From contig CANJQJ010000013.1 in assembly GCA_947476425.1 (NCBI GenBank), positions 384 through 64,383 on the forward strand: a stretch of DNA of 64,000 nt. Direction: 5' to 3'. Source of the stretch: Sphingomonadaceae bacterium (GTDB lineage Bacteria; Pseudomonadota; Alphaproteobacteria; Sphingomonadales; Sphingomonadaceae). Both the position numbers and the translations under genes were made by a program. Shown piece after piece: positions 30,819 to 41,000 of this stretch. Each line of letters opens with the position of its first letter. Within the stretch, counting starts at the first letter, position 1. Under the pieces are notes generated by a model. The model was not told the origin of the DNA. It worked only from the letters and a program-made list of their open reading frames with translations, and ran no database searches.

Positions 30819-31964
30819 TCAGGACCGGGGCTTGGCGGGAGGTGATCCTGCGGGAACCGGATGGATCTCCTGGTTCGGCTTGATCTTGTCGAGGCCCTCG
30901 ATGATGATCCGGTCGCCGGGTTTAAGTCCTGCGGTAACCAGCCATTTGTCGCCGATCGTGCGATCTGCCGTAACGGTTCGCAACTCGGCCTTGTCGCCCT
31001 TGCCGACCACGAAGGCCGTGGCATTGCCGCGCGGATCGCGCGAAATGCCCTGCTGGGGCGCCAGGATCGCCTTCTGGGCGATTGCCTGTGACAGCGACGC
31101 CCGGACATACATGCCGGGAAGCAGTATTCCCTCCGGATTGGGGAAGCGAGCTCGCAACGTGACGGTACCGGTGGCGGGATCGACCATCGTCTCGGCAAAT
31201 TCCATCCGACCAGGGAGCGAATAAATGCTGCCATCCTCGAGCCTGATACGCACCTCGGCCGACGCGGGGACCGCCCCCCCGGCAGCAATCGAGCGGCGAA
31301 GCTTGAGCAGTTCCGCACTCGACTGCTGGATATCGACATAGATTGGATCCAGTCGCTGGATCACCGCAAGAGGGGCATCCTGCCCTGCGGTAACGAGCGC
31401 ACCTGTCGTAACCGCGGAACGACCGATGCGGCCCGAGATCGGAGCCGGAACGCGCGTATAATGCAGGTTGATTTGCGCGGTCTGGAGCCGCGCGCGATTT
31501 TGCGCAACGGACGCCACAGCTTCGCGCGCGCTTGCGGTCGCGTCACTATAATCCTGCTTGCTGACCGCTTCCATCGCAACCAGCGGGCGATAGCGATCGG
31601 CGCGCGCCTGGGCCGCCGATCGTGTTGCCTCAGCATTGGCCAGATTTGCCTCGGCCTCGGCGGTCGCGGCGCGGTAGAGATCGGGATCGATCTGGTAGAG
31701 CATCTGTCCAGCGTGAACGACGCCACCTTCGGTGAACAGCCGGGCCTTGATAACACCGGTGATCTGCGGACGAACTTCTGAAACCTCATAGGCGGTCGTG
31801 CGGCCGGTCAGTTCGATCACCATCGGGACAGATTGAGCCTTTAGAACGACATAGCCGACCTCTGGGGGCTTCTTCTTGTCCTTGTCCTTGCCAGTGCAGC
31901 CAACGAGCAGGAGCATCGCGGAAAGCGTGGCGACGAAAAGGCGATTTGCGGGAGTCGATCGCAT
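30819..31964 (-). CDS. RND efflux periplasmic adaptor (membrane fusion protein, AcrA-like) lipoprotein
   Basis: MRSTPANRLFVATLSAMLLLVGC lipobox with a coiled-coil/lipoyl/beta-barrel pattern. First gene of the MFP-RND-OMF operon. Confidence 0.85.
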   Translation of the reverse strand: MRSTPANRLFVATLSAMLLLVGCTGKDKDKKKPPEVGYVVLKAQSVPMVIELTGRTTAYEVSEVRPQITGVIKARLFTEGGVVHAGQMLYQIDPDLYRAATAEAEANLANAEATRSAAQARADRYRPLVAMEAVSKQDYSDATASAREAVASVAQNRARLQTAQINLHYTRVPAPISGRIGRSAVTTGALVTAGQDAPLAVIQRLDPIYVDIQQSSAELLKLRRSIAAGGAVPASAEVRIRLEDGSIYSLPGRMEFAETMVDPATGTVTLRARFPNPEGILLPGMYVRASLSQAIAQKAILAPQQGISRDPRGNATAFVVGKGDKAELRTVTADRTIGDKWLVTAGLKPGDRIIIEGLDKIKPNQEIHPVPAGSPPAKPRS

Positions 31965-32020
31965 CGCTCTGCCGGTAGAGTCGGAGGCACATCGCGTCAA
32001 TCGTTGCGATAGACAAAGCG

Positions 32021-33190
32021 CTAAAGCGATTGAGCGGCCGCCCATCCGCTCGCCCAGGCCCATTGAAAATTGTAACCGCCGAGCCAGCCCGTGACATCGA
32101 CAGCCTCACCGATGACGTGGAGGCCGGGCACGCGCCGCGCCTCCATCGTCTGCGAGGAAAGCCCATCGGTGGCGATACCGCCAACGGTGACCTCTGCCTT
32201 CGCGAAACCCTCCGTGCCGTTGGGATTGAAGCTCCAGGCGGCGAGACGACGCTCCACGTCCTCGAGCCGGGCATCGGCTATGTTGGCGAGTTCACCCGGA
32301 AGTGCCACACGCTCCGCCAATGCCTCGGCGAGGCGATCGGGAAGCATGGCGCCGAACAGCGAGCGCAGAGTTGCCCGTGGACGTGATCGCTTGCCAGCGC
32401 GAATCCATCCGCGCTCGGCATCGGGAACGAAATCGATCGCGATCGGCTGGCCGTGTCGCCAGTAGGAAGAGATCTGGAGAATTGAGGGGCCGGAAAGACC
32501 CCGGTGGGTGAATAATGCCGCCTCCCGGAAGGCGGTCTTGCCAAATCTTGCCACGACCTCCGCGGAAACCCCGGACAGCGCGCTGAACAATGCTTCGTCG
32601 CCGCCCAATGTAAGCGGCACGAGCGCTGGTCGGGGCTCAACGACCTTGAGCCCGAAGCGGCGCGCGAGCTCATAGGCAAAGCCGGTCGCGCCGAGCTTGG
32701 GGATCGAGGGGCCGCCGGTCGCGATCACCATCCGGGGAGCGGTGGCATTCCCCACACTGAACATGCCATCGGCATGCCCGATCTCGCCAAGAGGTCGGCC
32801 GAGCGCGATTTCGACTGGGCCTCTTGCGCATTCGTCGAGCAGCATCGCCACGATCTGGCTGGCCGACCCGTCGCAGAATAGCTGGCCGAGCGTTTTTTCG
32901 TGCCACGCGATGTGGTGGCGATCGACCATCGCGATGAAATCATCCGGTCGGTAGCGGCCGAGTGCCGACTTGGCGAAGTGGGGATTGGCCGAAATATAAC
33001 GGTCGGCGGTAGCGTTTATGTTGGTGAAGTTGCAGCGCCCCCCGCCGGATATCAGGATCTTGCGGCCGGGCTCGTCGGCATGGTCGATCAGCAGTACCTT
33101 GCGCCCGCGCTGGCCCGCGATTGCGGCGCACATCAGCCCTGCGCCACCGGCGCCCAGGATGATTGCGTCATAAGGGGTGGTTCCCGTCAC
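32021..33190 (-). CDS. NAD(P)/FAD-dependent oxidoreductase, HI0933/BaiN-like flavoprotein family
   Basis: YDAIILGAGGAGLMCA dinucleotide motif and KILISGGGRCNFTN signature. Confidence 0.8.
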   Translation of the reverse strand: MTGTTPYDAIILGAGGAGLMCAAIAGQRGRKVLLIDHADEPGRKILISGGGRCNFTNINATADRYISANPHFAKSALGRYRPDDFIAMVDRHHIAWHEKTLGQLFCDGSASQIVAMLLDECARGPVEIALGRPLGEIGHADGMFSVGNATAPRMVIATGGPSIPKLGATGFAYELARRFGLKVVEPRPALVPLTLGGDEALFSALSGVSAEVVARFGKTAFREAALFTHRGLSGPSILQISSYWRHGQPIAIDFVPDAERGWIRAGKRSRPRATLRSLFGAMLPDRLAEALAERVALPGELANIADARLEDVERRLAAWSFNPNGTEGFAKAEVTVGGIATDGLSSQTMEARRVPGLHVIGEAVDVTGWLGGYNFQWAWASGWAAAQSL

Positions 33191-33309
33191 GCGGCGGCCA
33201 TAGCCTGCGGCGATGCTCGACGAAAGGTGGGAACCGACGAAAGGTGGGGCCCGACGAAAGGCAGGTGTTGATGGAGGGCTGCGGGCGCTTATCGGCCGGG
33301 AAAAGGGGA

Positions 33310-34248
33310 ATGACGATGCGTGCAGCGGTGATCAGGCAGGACGGCAAGCTTCCGGAACTCATGGAATTCGCCGAGCCCCAGGCAGCTGCGGGATGCTCGC
33401 TGATCCGGGTGACGGCAGGCGGCGTCGGATCGAGCGACGTCCAGCGGGCAGCGGGCGTGTTCGGACCGTCGACGGGCGATTATGTCGTCGGTGGCGAGGG
33501 CGTCGGCCTGCTTGCTTCGGGCGAGCGCGTTTATTTCGGACATGCCGTACCGCCGCACGGCTCCTGGGCGGAACGGACGATCGTGCCCGATGCCGAGACC
33601 TGGGCGATCCCGGACGGCGTCAGCGACGCGCTGGCGATCGCGGTAGGCATCTCCGGCACGGGCGCGTTGATCCCGCTCGAGGAGGCGCGGATCCAGAAGG
33701 GCGAGAATGTTCTCATTCTCGGCGCAACCGGGCCCGTGGGCCAGATCGGGCTGCAGATGGCGAAGCTCCTCGGCGCAGGTCGTGTCGTAGCGGCGGCGCG
33801 CGATGCCGCCGCGCTGGCGACGCTCAAGCAGCGCGGCATCGCCGATGAAATCGTGCAGATCGGCACTGGAGATGATCTCGCCGCGCTGCGCGAAGTCGCC
33901 GGTGACGGCTTCAACGTTGTCCTCGACATCGTCTATGGCGCGCCCGCCGAGGCGGCGATGCGTGCGACGGCACCCGGTGCGCGCATGATGAGCATCGGCA
34001 TCCAGGCGGGGCCGACGGTGACCTTGTCGCTGCGGGATCTCGTCTTCCGTTCGCATATCGGCGTCGGCACCGGCCAGCGCCCGGCGGCAGAGCGCAAGGC
34101 GGCATTCGATCGACTGATCGCCCATGCGGCGCGCGGGGAGATCATGGTGGATTCGTTGTCCTTCCCGCTCGAACAGGCTGCCGAGGCATGGGCAGCGCAG
34201 TCAGGGCGCCCGCACGCCAAGATCTATGTCGTGCCGAATGCTGGCTAG
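33310..34248 (+). CDS. quinone oxidoreductase-like MDR family protein (zinc-independent type)
   Basis: MDR fold with ILGATGPVGQIGLQMAKLLGA nucleotide-binding motif. AAAAGGGGA lies before the ATG at 33310. The 3' end overlaps the convergent mocA-like gene by 48 nt. Confidence 0.72.
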   Translation: MTMRAAVIRQDGKLPELMEFAEPQAAAGCSLIRVTAGGVGSSDVQRAAGVFGPSTGDYVVGGEGVGLLASGERVYFGHAVPPHGSWAERTIVPDAETWAIPDGVSDALAIAVGISGTGALIPLEEARIQKGENVLILGATGPVGQIGLQMAKLLGAGRVVAAARDAAALATLKQRGIADEIVQIGTGDDLAALREVAGDGFNVVLDIVYGAPAEAAMRATAPGARMMSIGIQAGPTVTLSLRDLVFRSHIGVGTGQRPAAERKAAFDRLIAHAARGEIMVDSLSFPLEQAAEAWAAQSGRPHAKIYVVPNAG

Positions 34249-34782
34249 CGCCTCGGGCGTATCGACGTCGGCGAATATGTCGTCATCGGTCCAGGGAATT
34301 TCAGTGATGTCATGGTTCGCAAAAAGCGCGCGACCGCCGGTATCGCCCCGGAGCTGGATCAGTTCAGCAAAATATTGGCAGCCCCATGTTACGGGATTAC
34401 CCCGTCGGCCCGCATGGGCTGGAACCAGTATGGCATTCGAGCTCGCCTCATCCGCCAGCAGGCGAAGTAATTGCGGACTGATCCGCGGCATGTCGCCAAG
34501 GCAGAGGATCGCCGCGCCCCAGTCGATCGCAGCAATTCCGGCGGCAATCGAGCGCGCGATGCCCTCTGCATGATCATGCGCAATGATGCAGTCGATCGGC
34601 CCAAGCGCGGCGCGGACGGCATCCGGCTCATGACCGAGCACCGCCAGCGCGGGCAGCCCCGCAGCACGCACTGCGTCGGCGACATGTGCAATGACGGGCT
34701 TGCCGCCAAGATCGGCGAGAAGCTTGTTCGATCCCATGCGGCGCGATCGGCCCCCTGCGAGGATGATCGCACCGGTGATCAC
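34201..34782 (-). CDS. MobA-like NTP transferase; probable molybdenum cofactor cytidylyltransferase (MocA-like)
   Basis: ILAGGRSRRMG...NKLL motif and a DTPEAL C-terminal motif. The GTG start overlaps the xdhC stop (GTGA). Confidence 0.72.
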   Translation of the reverse strand: MITGAIILAGGRSRRMGSNKLLADLGGKPVIAHVADAVRAAGLPALAVLGHEPDAVRAALGPIDCIIAHDHAEGIARSIAAGIAAIDWGAAILCLGDMPRISPQLLRLLADEASSNAILVPAHAGRRGNPVTWGCQYFAELIQLRGDTGGRALFANHDITEIPWTDDDIFADVDTPEALASIRHDIDLGVRAP

Positions 34783-35645
34783 CGTTGGCGCCAGGCGGCA
34801 GTAATGCCGGCCATGATCGACAGCGCGATCTCGGCCGGGGTGGCCGCACCGATCGCAATCCCGACTGGACCGTGGATGCGGTCGAGGGTGGCATCATCGA
34901 AGCCGGCAGCGGCAAGGCGCTCCAACCGACGGGCATGGCTGCGCCGCGAACCGAGCGCACCGATGTAGAAGGCCGACGATGCCAGCGCAGCGGCAAGGGC
35001 CGAATCGTCGAGCTTGGGATCATGCGCGAGCGTTATCACCGCAGATGCCGCGTCGGGCTTCCAGGCCGCCAACACCTCGTCGGGCCAGCCGGTATCGATG
35101 CGGGCGCCCGGGAATCGCTCGACGGTGGCATAGGCGGTGCGCGGGTCGATCAGGAGGATGTCGTAGTCGAGCATCGTCGCCATCGGGATCAGCGCCTGGG
35201 CGATATGCACCGCGCCGATTATGGCAAGCCGCAGCGGCGGATCATAAGCCCGTATGAACTGTCCTTCACCGGGCTGTTCGCCTGATATGCTGCGGCCGGT
35301 GGCAAGATCGGTGGTGACCGAAAGGCGCTCGCCTGCATCGCGGCTGCGCGCGATACTCTCGAGCATCGCGGGTGGGAAGCTGCCCGGCGCTACCGGCTGG
35401 ACGAGGATGCCGATCTTGCCACCGCAAGGCAGTCCCACGGCCCAGGCGGTTTCCTGCGTGATGCCATAATCGAGTCGACGCGCCACGCCCCCGGCAATGG
35501 CTTCGCCGGCCTGCACGATGATGTCGTTTTCGACGCAGCCGCCGCTCACCGAGCCTTCAAATGCACCATCGTCGCGCACCAGCATATGGGCGCCTTGCCG
35601 TCGGGGTGCGGATCCCCAGGTCTCAATCACGGTGGCGAGCGCCAT
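34779..35645 (-). CDS. XdhC/CoxI-family molybdoenzyme maturation factor (5' end interrupted by an in-frame TAA; see findings)
   Basis: LATVIETWGSAPRRQGAHMLV...GSVSGGCVE is the XdhC_CoxI N-domain, followed by a Rossmann-like XdhC_C domain. Coordinates use the first ATG after the in-frame stop. Confidence 0.75.
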   Translation of the reverse strand: MALATVIETWGSAPRRQGAHMLVRDDGAFEGSVSGGCVENDIIVQAGEAIAGGVARRLDYGITQETAWAVGLPCGGKIGILVQPVAPGSFPPAMLESIARSRDAGERLSVTTDLATGRSISGEQPGEGQFIRAYDPPLRLAIIGAVHIAQALIPMATMLDYDILLIDPRTAYATVERFPGARIDTGWPDEVLAAWKPDAASAVITLAHDPKLDDSALAAALASSAFYIGALGSRRSHARRLERLAAAGFDDATLDRIHGPVGIAIGAATPAEIALSIMAGITAAWRQR

Positions 35646-35810
35646 GTCGTGGCCGGCGGCACGCCAACGCAGGGCGGTGTCGAGGAGTTAGCCGAGTTCG
35701 TCGCGGGGCTGTTGGGTCATGAGAGAGCCATAGCCTTTGTCGCCCTCAGGACGAAAGCCGGGATGACGAAATTATGTCTTCTTGACTCCTCCAACGCAGC
35801 CGCGCATCCA

Positions 35811-35825
35811 GAACAAATCAGGAAC
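35811..35825 (+). promoter_or_regulatory. alphaproteobacterial-type LexA (SOS) box GAAC-N7-GAAC upstream of imuA
   Basis: gaacaaatcaggaac ends 8 nt before the imuA ATG (35833) and matches the direct-repeat GTTC-N7-GTTC / GAAC-N7-GAAC LexA motif of Alphaproteobacteria. Confidence 0.65.
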
Positions 35826-35832
35826 ATTTATC

Positions 35833-36597
35833 ATGCGCGAGTCGGCTTTCTCTCTTTCAACCCTCAAGCATCGCATCGCGGCGATAGAGAATCGGCGCCC
35901 GGCCGAGACGAGTACGATGTTCACGCTTGGCGTCGCGGCAATCGATGAATCATTGGGGGGCGGGCTCGGTTGCGGCCGCTTGCACGAGATTTATGCCGGC
36001 GAGGCGGAGGACGGCGCCAGCGCAGCGGGCTTCGCGCTGATGCTCGCATTGCGGGCAAGCAACGGGCCGATATTGTGGCTGCGCCAGGATATCGGAAACG
36101 CACGCCTGCATCCGCCGGGGCTGGTCGAGCTTGGCTTCGATCCGGCGCGGCTGATCCTGGTGGTGGCGCCTGACACCAGCGCATTGCTCAAGGCAGCGGC
36201 GGACAGCTTGCGCTGTGCGGGATTGGGCGTGGTGGTGATCGAGCCTCGGCAGGCAAGACGCGGCCTCGATCTCACCGCGAGCCGACGACTTGCGCTCGCG
36301 GCGGAGCAATCGGGGGTGACGGCATTGCTTTTGCCGGGTGCGGCCGAAGCCGTGCCCAGCGCGGCGCAATCGCGCTGGCGCGTGGCATCGGCGGCTTCGG
36401 CGCCGCTGCCCGCCAATGCGCCCGGGGGAGCGGCTTTCGACATCAGCCTTTTGCGCCACCGCACGGGTCGTGACGGCCTTGGCTGGCGCGTGGAGTGGAA
36501 TCGTGATCAACAAAGTTTCCGAGAAGCGCCGCTATCTGGCGCTGTTCTTCCCGTTCCTTTCGGCCGATCGGCTTCGCTCGGAAGGGCCGCCGCATGA
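35833..36597 (+). CDS. imuA: ImuA (RecA/SulA-like protein of the imuA-imuB-dnaE2 mutagenesis cassette)
   Basis: LGVAAIDESLGGGLGCGRLHEIYA... is a RecA-like core without a full Walker set. Position is directly upstream of imuB and dnaE2, with an SOS box upstream. Confidence 0.75.
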   Translation: MRESAFSLSTLKHRIAAIENRRPAETSTMFTLGVAAIDESLGGGLGCGRLHEIYAGEAEDGASAAGFALMLALRASNGPILWLRQDIGNARLHPPGLVELGFDPARLILVVAPDTSALLKAAADSLRCAGLGVVVIEPRQARRGLDLTASRRLALAAEQSGVTALLLPGAAEAVPSAAQSRWRVASAASAPLPANAPGGAAFDISLLRHRTGRDGLGWRVEWNRDQQSFREAPLSGAVLPVPFGRSASLGRAAA

Positions 36598-38047
36598 TGC
36601 CCTTGCCTCCGTCTTCGTCGAGAAGATCAAGGGAGCATTGCGGCTGGCGGCGGTCGATGCGGCGAGCCATGCGCTGGGGTTGATCCCCGGTCTCAACCTC
36701 GCCGATGCCCGGGCGCGGGTGCCCGAACTGGTGGTGTTCGATCATGATCCGGCCGCAGATTCACGCTGGCTCGATCGGCATGCCGATGGTTGCGAACGCT
36801 ATACGCCGATGGTCGCGGTCGATGGCGATGATGGGCTGCTGCTCGACATCACCGGCTGCGATCATCTCTTCGGCGGCGAGGCGGGGCTGGTCGGTGATGT
36901 CGAGCAGCGCTTCGCGCGCGCCGGCCTCTCGCTGCGGACCGCGCTTGGCTATGCTCCCGCGGCCGCACATACCCTTGCACGCTTCCAGGGCGCGCCCGGC
37001 CGTGACGAGGCATCGTCGGTGCGGCGCTTGCCGGTGGCGGCGCTGGAACTCGACAGCGAGACTGAGATCGCCCTGCGCCGTGCCGGGCTCAAGACGATTG
37101 CGGATCTTGCCGATCGGCCGATGGCCATGCTCGCCGCGCGCTTCGGGCCGGACATGGCGGATGGCCTCGCGCGCTTGCTGGGGCGAGCGGATAGTCGCAT
37201 CACGCCGCGCCGCCCATTGCCTGCGTTAATGGTCGAACGCCGCTTCGCCGAGCCGATTGCGCGCACCGAGGACGCGCTGGGCGTGCTCGCCGAGCTGGCC
37301 GAAGAGGCTGCCGTCCAGATGTCCGAACGCGTTCAGGGCGGGCGGCATTTCGCGGCAAAGCTGTTCCGAAGCGATGGACAGGTGCGCAATCTCGCGGTCG
37401 AGACCGGGCTGCCGTCACGCGATCCGAAGCTGCTGATCCGGCTGTTCCGCGAGCGGATCGACGCGCTTTCGGATCCGATCGATCCGGGTTTCGGCTTCGA
37501 TCTGATCCGGCTGGGGATCGCCCGGATCGAACCGCTAGCCCCCAGCCAGCTCCAGCTTGAGGGCGGGGCGATTGCCGAGGGTGAGGTCGGCCAGCTCATC
37601 GATCGATTGAGCACGCGATTGGGACGCAGCCGAGTCCGGCGCTTCGTGCCGCGCGACACACATGTTCCCGAACAGGCGGCGCTGGCATTGCCCGCGATCG
37701 AAGCGGGTGTGCCGGTTCGCTGGGAAGAGCCTGCGATTGGTGAGCCGCCAATGCGTCCGATCCATTTGTTCGATCCGCCGCAGCCGATCGAGGTGATGGC
37801 CGACGTTCCCGATGGCCCGCCGCGACGTTTCCGCTGGCAACGCAAGCTTCATGATGTGGCCCGCTTCGAGGGCCCCGAGCGGATCGCGCCAACATGGTGG
37901 CGGCTCCCGCCCGGCGAGGACGGGCTGACCCGCGATTATTATCGTGTCGAGGATGTCCGGGGACGGCGCTTCTGGATCTTCCGCCACGGGCTGTTCGGCA
38001 GCGAACGCATGAATCCCGGTTGGTATGTACATGGGTTGTTCGCATGA
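36503..38047 (+). CDS. imuB: ImuB (inactive Y-family polymerase-like protein)
   Basis: RRYLALFFPFLSADRLR N-terminus is typical of ImuB, with Y-family-like palm and little-finger regions. The GTG at 36503 is my best-guess start (overlapping the imuA 3' end). The stop overlaps the dnaE2 ATG (ATGA). Confidence 0.75.
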   Translation: MINKVSEKRRYLALFFPFLSADRLRSEGPPHDALASVFVEKIKGALRLAAVDAASHALGLIPGLNLADARARVPELVVFDHDPAADSRWLDRHADGCERYTPMVAVDGDDGLLLDITGCDHLFGGEAGLVGDVEQRFARAGLSLRTALGYAPAAAHTLARFQGAPGRDEASSVRRLPVAALELDSETEIALRRAGLKTIADLADRPMAMLAARFGPDMADGLARLLGRADSRITPRRPLPALMVERRFAEPIARTEDALGVLAELAEEAAVQMSERVQGGRHFAAKLFRSDGQVRNLAVETGLPSRDPKLLIRLFRERIDALSDPIDPGFGFDLIRLGIARIEPLAPSQLQLEGGAIAEGEVGQLIDRLSTRLGRSRVRRFVPRDTHVPEQAALALPAIEAGVPVRWEEPAIGEPPMRPIHLFDPPQPIEVMADVPDGPPRRFRWQRKLHDVARFEGPERIAPTWWRLPPGEDGLTRDYYRVEDVRGRRFWIFRHGLFGSERMNPGWYVHGLFA

Positions 38048-41000
38048 ATTTCGCCGAGCCTGTTGCCGCGAGCAATTTCTCCTTTCTGCGCGGAGCCTCG
38101 CATCCGGCCGATCTGGTAACACAAGCCATCGTGCTGGGGCTTTCCGGGATTGGCATCGCAGATCGCAACAGCGTTGCTGGCGTGGTGCGTGCGCATGCGG
38201 CTCTTCGGGATGCGCGCGAATCGCTGGGAGAGGAGATTGACTTCAAGCTTGCCGTCGGCGCTCGGCTCGTATTCGCGGACGAGACGCCCGATATCGTGGC
38301 CTATCCCGCCAACCGGAAGGGCTGGGCCAATCTCTGCCGCCTGCTGACGCTTGGCAACAGGCGCGCGGAGAAAGGGGAATGCATCCTTGGACTTGAGGAT
38401 CTGCTGGGGCATGCGGCGGATCTGCTGCTTATATGTATCCCGGCGCAGGCCGGGATCCAGTCCGGCGCGGGAGGCTGGACCCCGGCATTCGCCGGGGCAC
38501 TGAAGGAAGCCGCACCCGGCCGCGTCTGGCTGGCCGCCACGATGCATCGCAAAGGGCCGGATAGCCGCCGCCTCGCCGCCCTTCGTGCGCAGGCGCAAGC
38601 CGCCGGTGTCCCGCTGATCGCGACCAATGACGTCCTCTATCACGAGCCCGGGCAGAGGCCGTTGCAGGATATCCTCAGCTGCATCCGCGAGAAGAAGACG
38701 ATCGCGAGCGCTGGTCGCCTGCTCGAGGCCAATGCCGAGCGGCACATCAAGGCGCCTGCCGAAATGCTCCGCCTGTTTCGTGGCGTGCCCGAAGCAATAG
38801 TCGAGACGACGCGGTTGTTCGCGCGGATCGATTTCTCGCTCGATCAGCTGCGCTACGAATATCCGCACGAACCGGTACCGCCCGGCTGGACCCCGCAGCA
38901 ATGGCTCGAGCACCTGACCTGGGAGGGCGCAGCGCATCGCTATCCGGATGGTGTCCCGGACCGGATCGCAGCGACCGTGCGCGAGGAATTCGCTCTGATC
39001 GCCGCCCAGGATTACACCCGCTATTTCCTTACCGTCTACGATATCGTCCGTTTCGCCCAGAGCCGCGGCATTCTCAACCAGGGCCGGGGTTCGGCTGCGA
39101 ATTCGGCGGTGTGCTACATGCTCGGCATCACCGCGGTCGATCCGATGCATTTCGATCTGCTGTTCAGCCGCTTCGTTTCGGAAGAACGGCGCGAGCCACC
39201 CGATATCGACGTCGATTTCGAGCATGAGCGTCGCGAGGAGGTGATTCAGTATCTCTACGAACGCTATGGCCGTCACCGCGCCGGAATAGCTGCGACCGTG
39301 ATCCGCTATCGTCGGCGCAGCGCGATCCGCGACGTCGGCAAGGCGCTGGGATTGTCGGAGGATGTGACGGCAAGGCTGTCGTCGACCGTCTGGGGAAGCT
39401 GGAATGCGCCGATCGAGGATTGCATGGCAAACGAGAACGGCTTCGACCCGCGCAATCCGATGATCCAGCGGCTGTTCGATCTTGGTACGCAGCTGCTCGG
39501 CTTTCCGCGTCATCTGTCGCAGCATGTCGGCGGCTTCGTGCTTACCGAGGGACGGCTCGACGAGATGGTGCCGATCGGCAACGCCGCAATGGAGGATCGC
39601 ACCTTCATCGAATGGGACAAGGACGATATCGATTCGCTCGGGCTGATGAAGGTCGATGTGCTCGCACTCGGCATGCTGACCTGCATCCGCAAGACATTCG
39701 ACCTGATGCGCGAACAGCGAATAGCCATTTGCTCCCCCGGAACCACTTCCAGTCGAGATGGCTATGATCTGGCACTCGTCCCGCAGGAGGATCCCGCGGT
39801 CTACGCCATGCTCCAGCGTGGGGATTCGATCGGGGTCTTCCAGGTCGAAAGCCGGGCGCAGATCAACATGCTGCCAAGGCTCAAGCCGAAGACCTTCTAC
39901 GATCTCGTGATCCAGGTCGCGATTGTCCGTCCAGGCCCGATCGAGGGCGATATGGTGCATCCCTATTTGCGGCGGCGCGCGGGACGCGAGAAAGTGGAGT
40001 TTCCCGCGCCTGCGCTGGAGCATGGCGATCCTGGCGAACTCGAGATGGTGCTCGGCCGCACGCTCGGCGTGCCGCTGTTCCAGGAACAGGCGATGAAGCT
40101 CGCGATCGTCGCGGCGAAGTTCACGCCTTCGGAAGCCAACAAGCTGCGCCGTGCGATGGCTACCTTTCGCAACCGCGGCGGCATCGACAATTTCCGCGAC
40201 AAGATGGTGGGCGGCATGGTGGCGCGCGGCTACGCTCAGGATTTTGCCGAACGCTGCTTCAAGCAGATCGAGGGGTTCGGCAGCTACGGCTTTCCGGAAA
40301 GCCACGCCGCCTCATTCGCCAACCTCGTCTATGTTTCCGCCTGGATCAAATGCCATCATCCCGCGGTGTTCGCCTGCGCGCTGCTCAATTCGCAGCCGAT
40401 GGGTTTCTACGCCCCCGCACAAATCATTCGCGACGCACGCGAGCATGGCGTGGTCGTGCGCGGGATCGACGTCAATGCAAGCGACTGGGATAATGGCCTG
40501 GAGCCATCTCCGAGCCTCGCTCTTCGCCTCGGCTTCCGCCAGATCTCCGGTTTCCGGGAGGAATGGGCCGATCGCATCGTCGCCGCCCGTCCCTTTGCCG
40601 ATATCGAGACACTGGCCCGCCGGGCCGCGCTACCGTCGCGCGCGTTGCGATTGCTCGCCGATGCGGACGGCTTCCGATCGATCGGGCTCGATCGCCGACG
40701 GGCGCTATGGGAGGTGCGCCGAATCCCCGATGCGGAATTGCCGCTGTTCGCCGCGGCCCAAGCGAGCGAGCTTGGCGACGAGCCCGACGCAGGCCTCCCG
40801 GTGATGCCGCTTTCCGAGCATATCGCTGCCGATTACCAGATGACGCGGCTGTCTTTGAAGGGGCATCCGATGGAATTGCTGCGCAGCATTTTTCGCGCCG
40901 AAGGCGTCGCGAGCTGCGCCGAAACCGCCGCCGCGAAGAATGGCGCGGCGATTCGTACTGCGGGGGTCGTTCTCGTCCGCCAGCGCCCCGGCAAGGGCAA

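Noticed and set aside
29541-30845. 434-aa plus-strand ORF (and 27672-28349) inside the RND pump locus
   Set aside because: It is antisense to a canonical 1052-aa AcrB-type gene, so it is a high-GC artefact.
37939-40305. 788-aa ORF antisense to dnaE2
   Set aside because: It is a shadow ORF of a strongly supported gene, with no motifs and Arg/His-rich junk composition.
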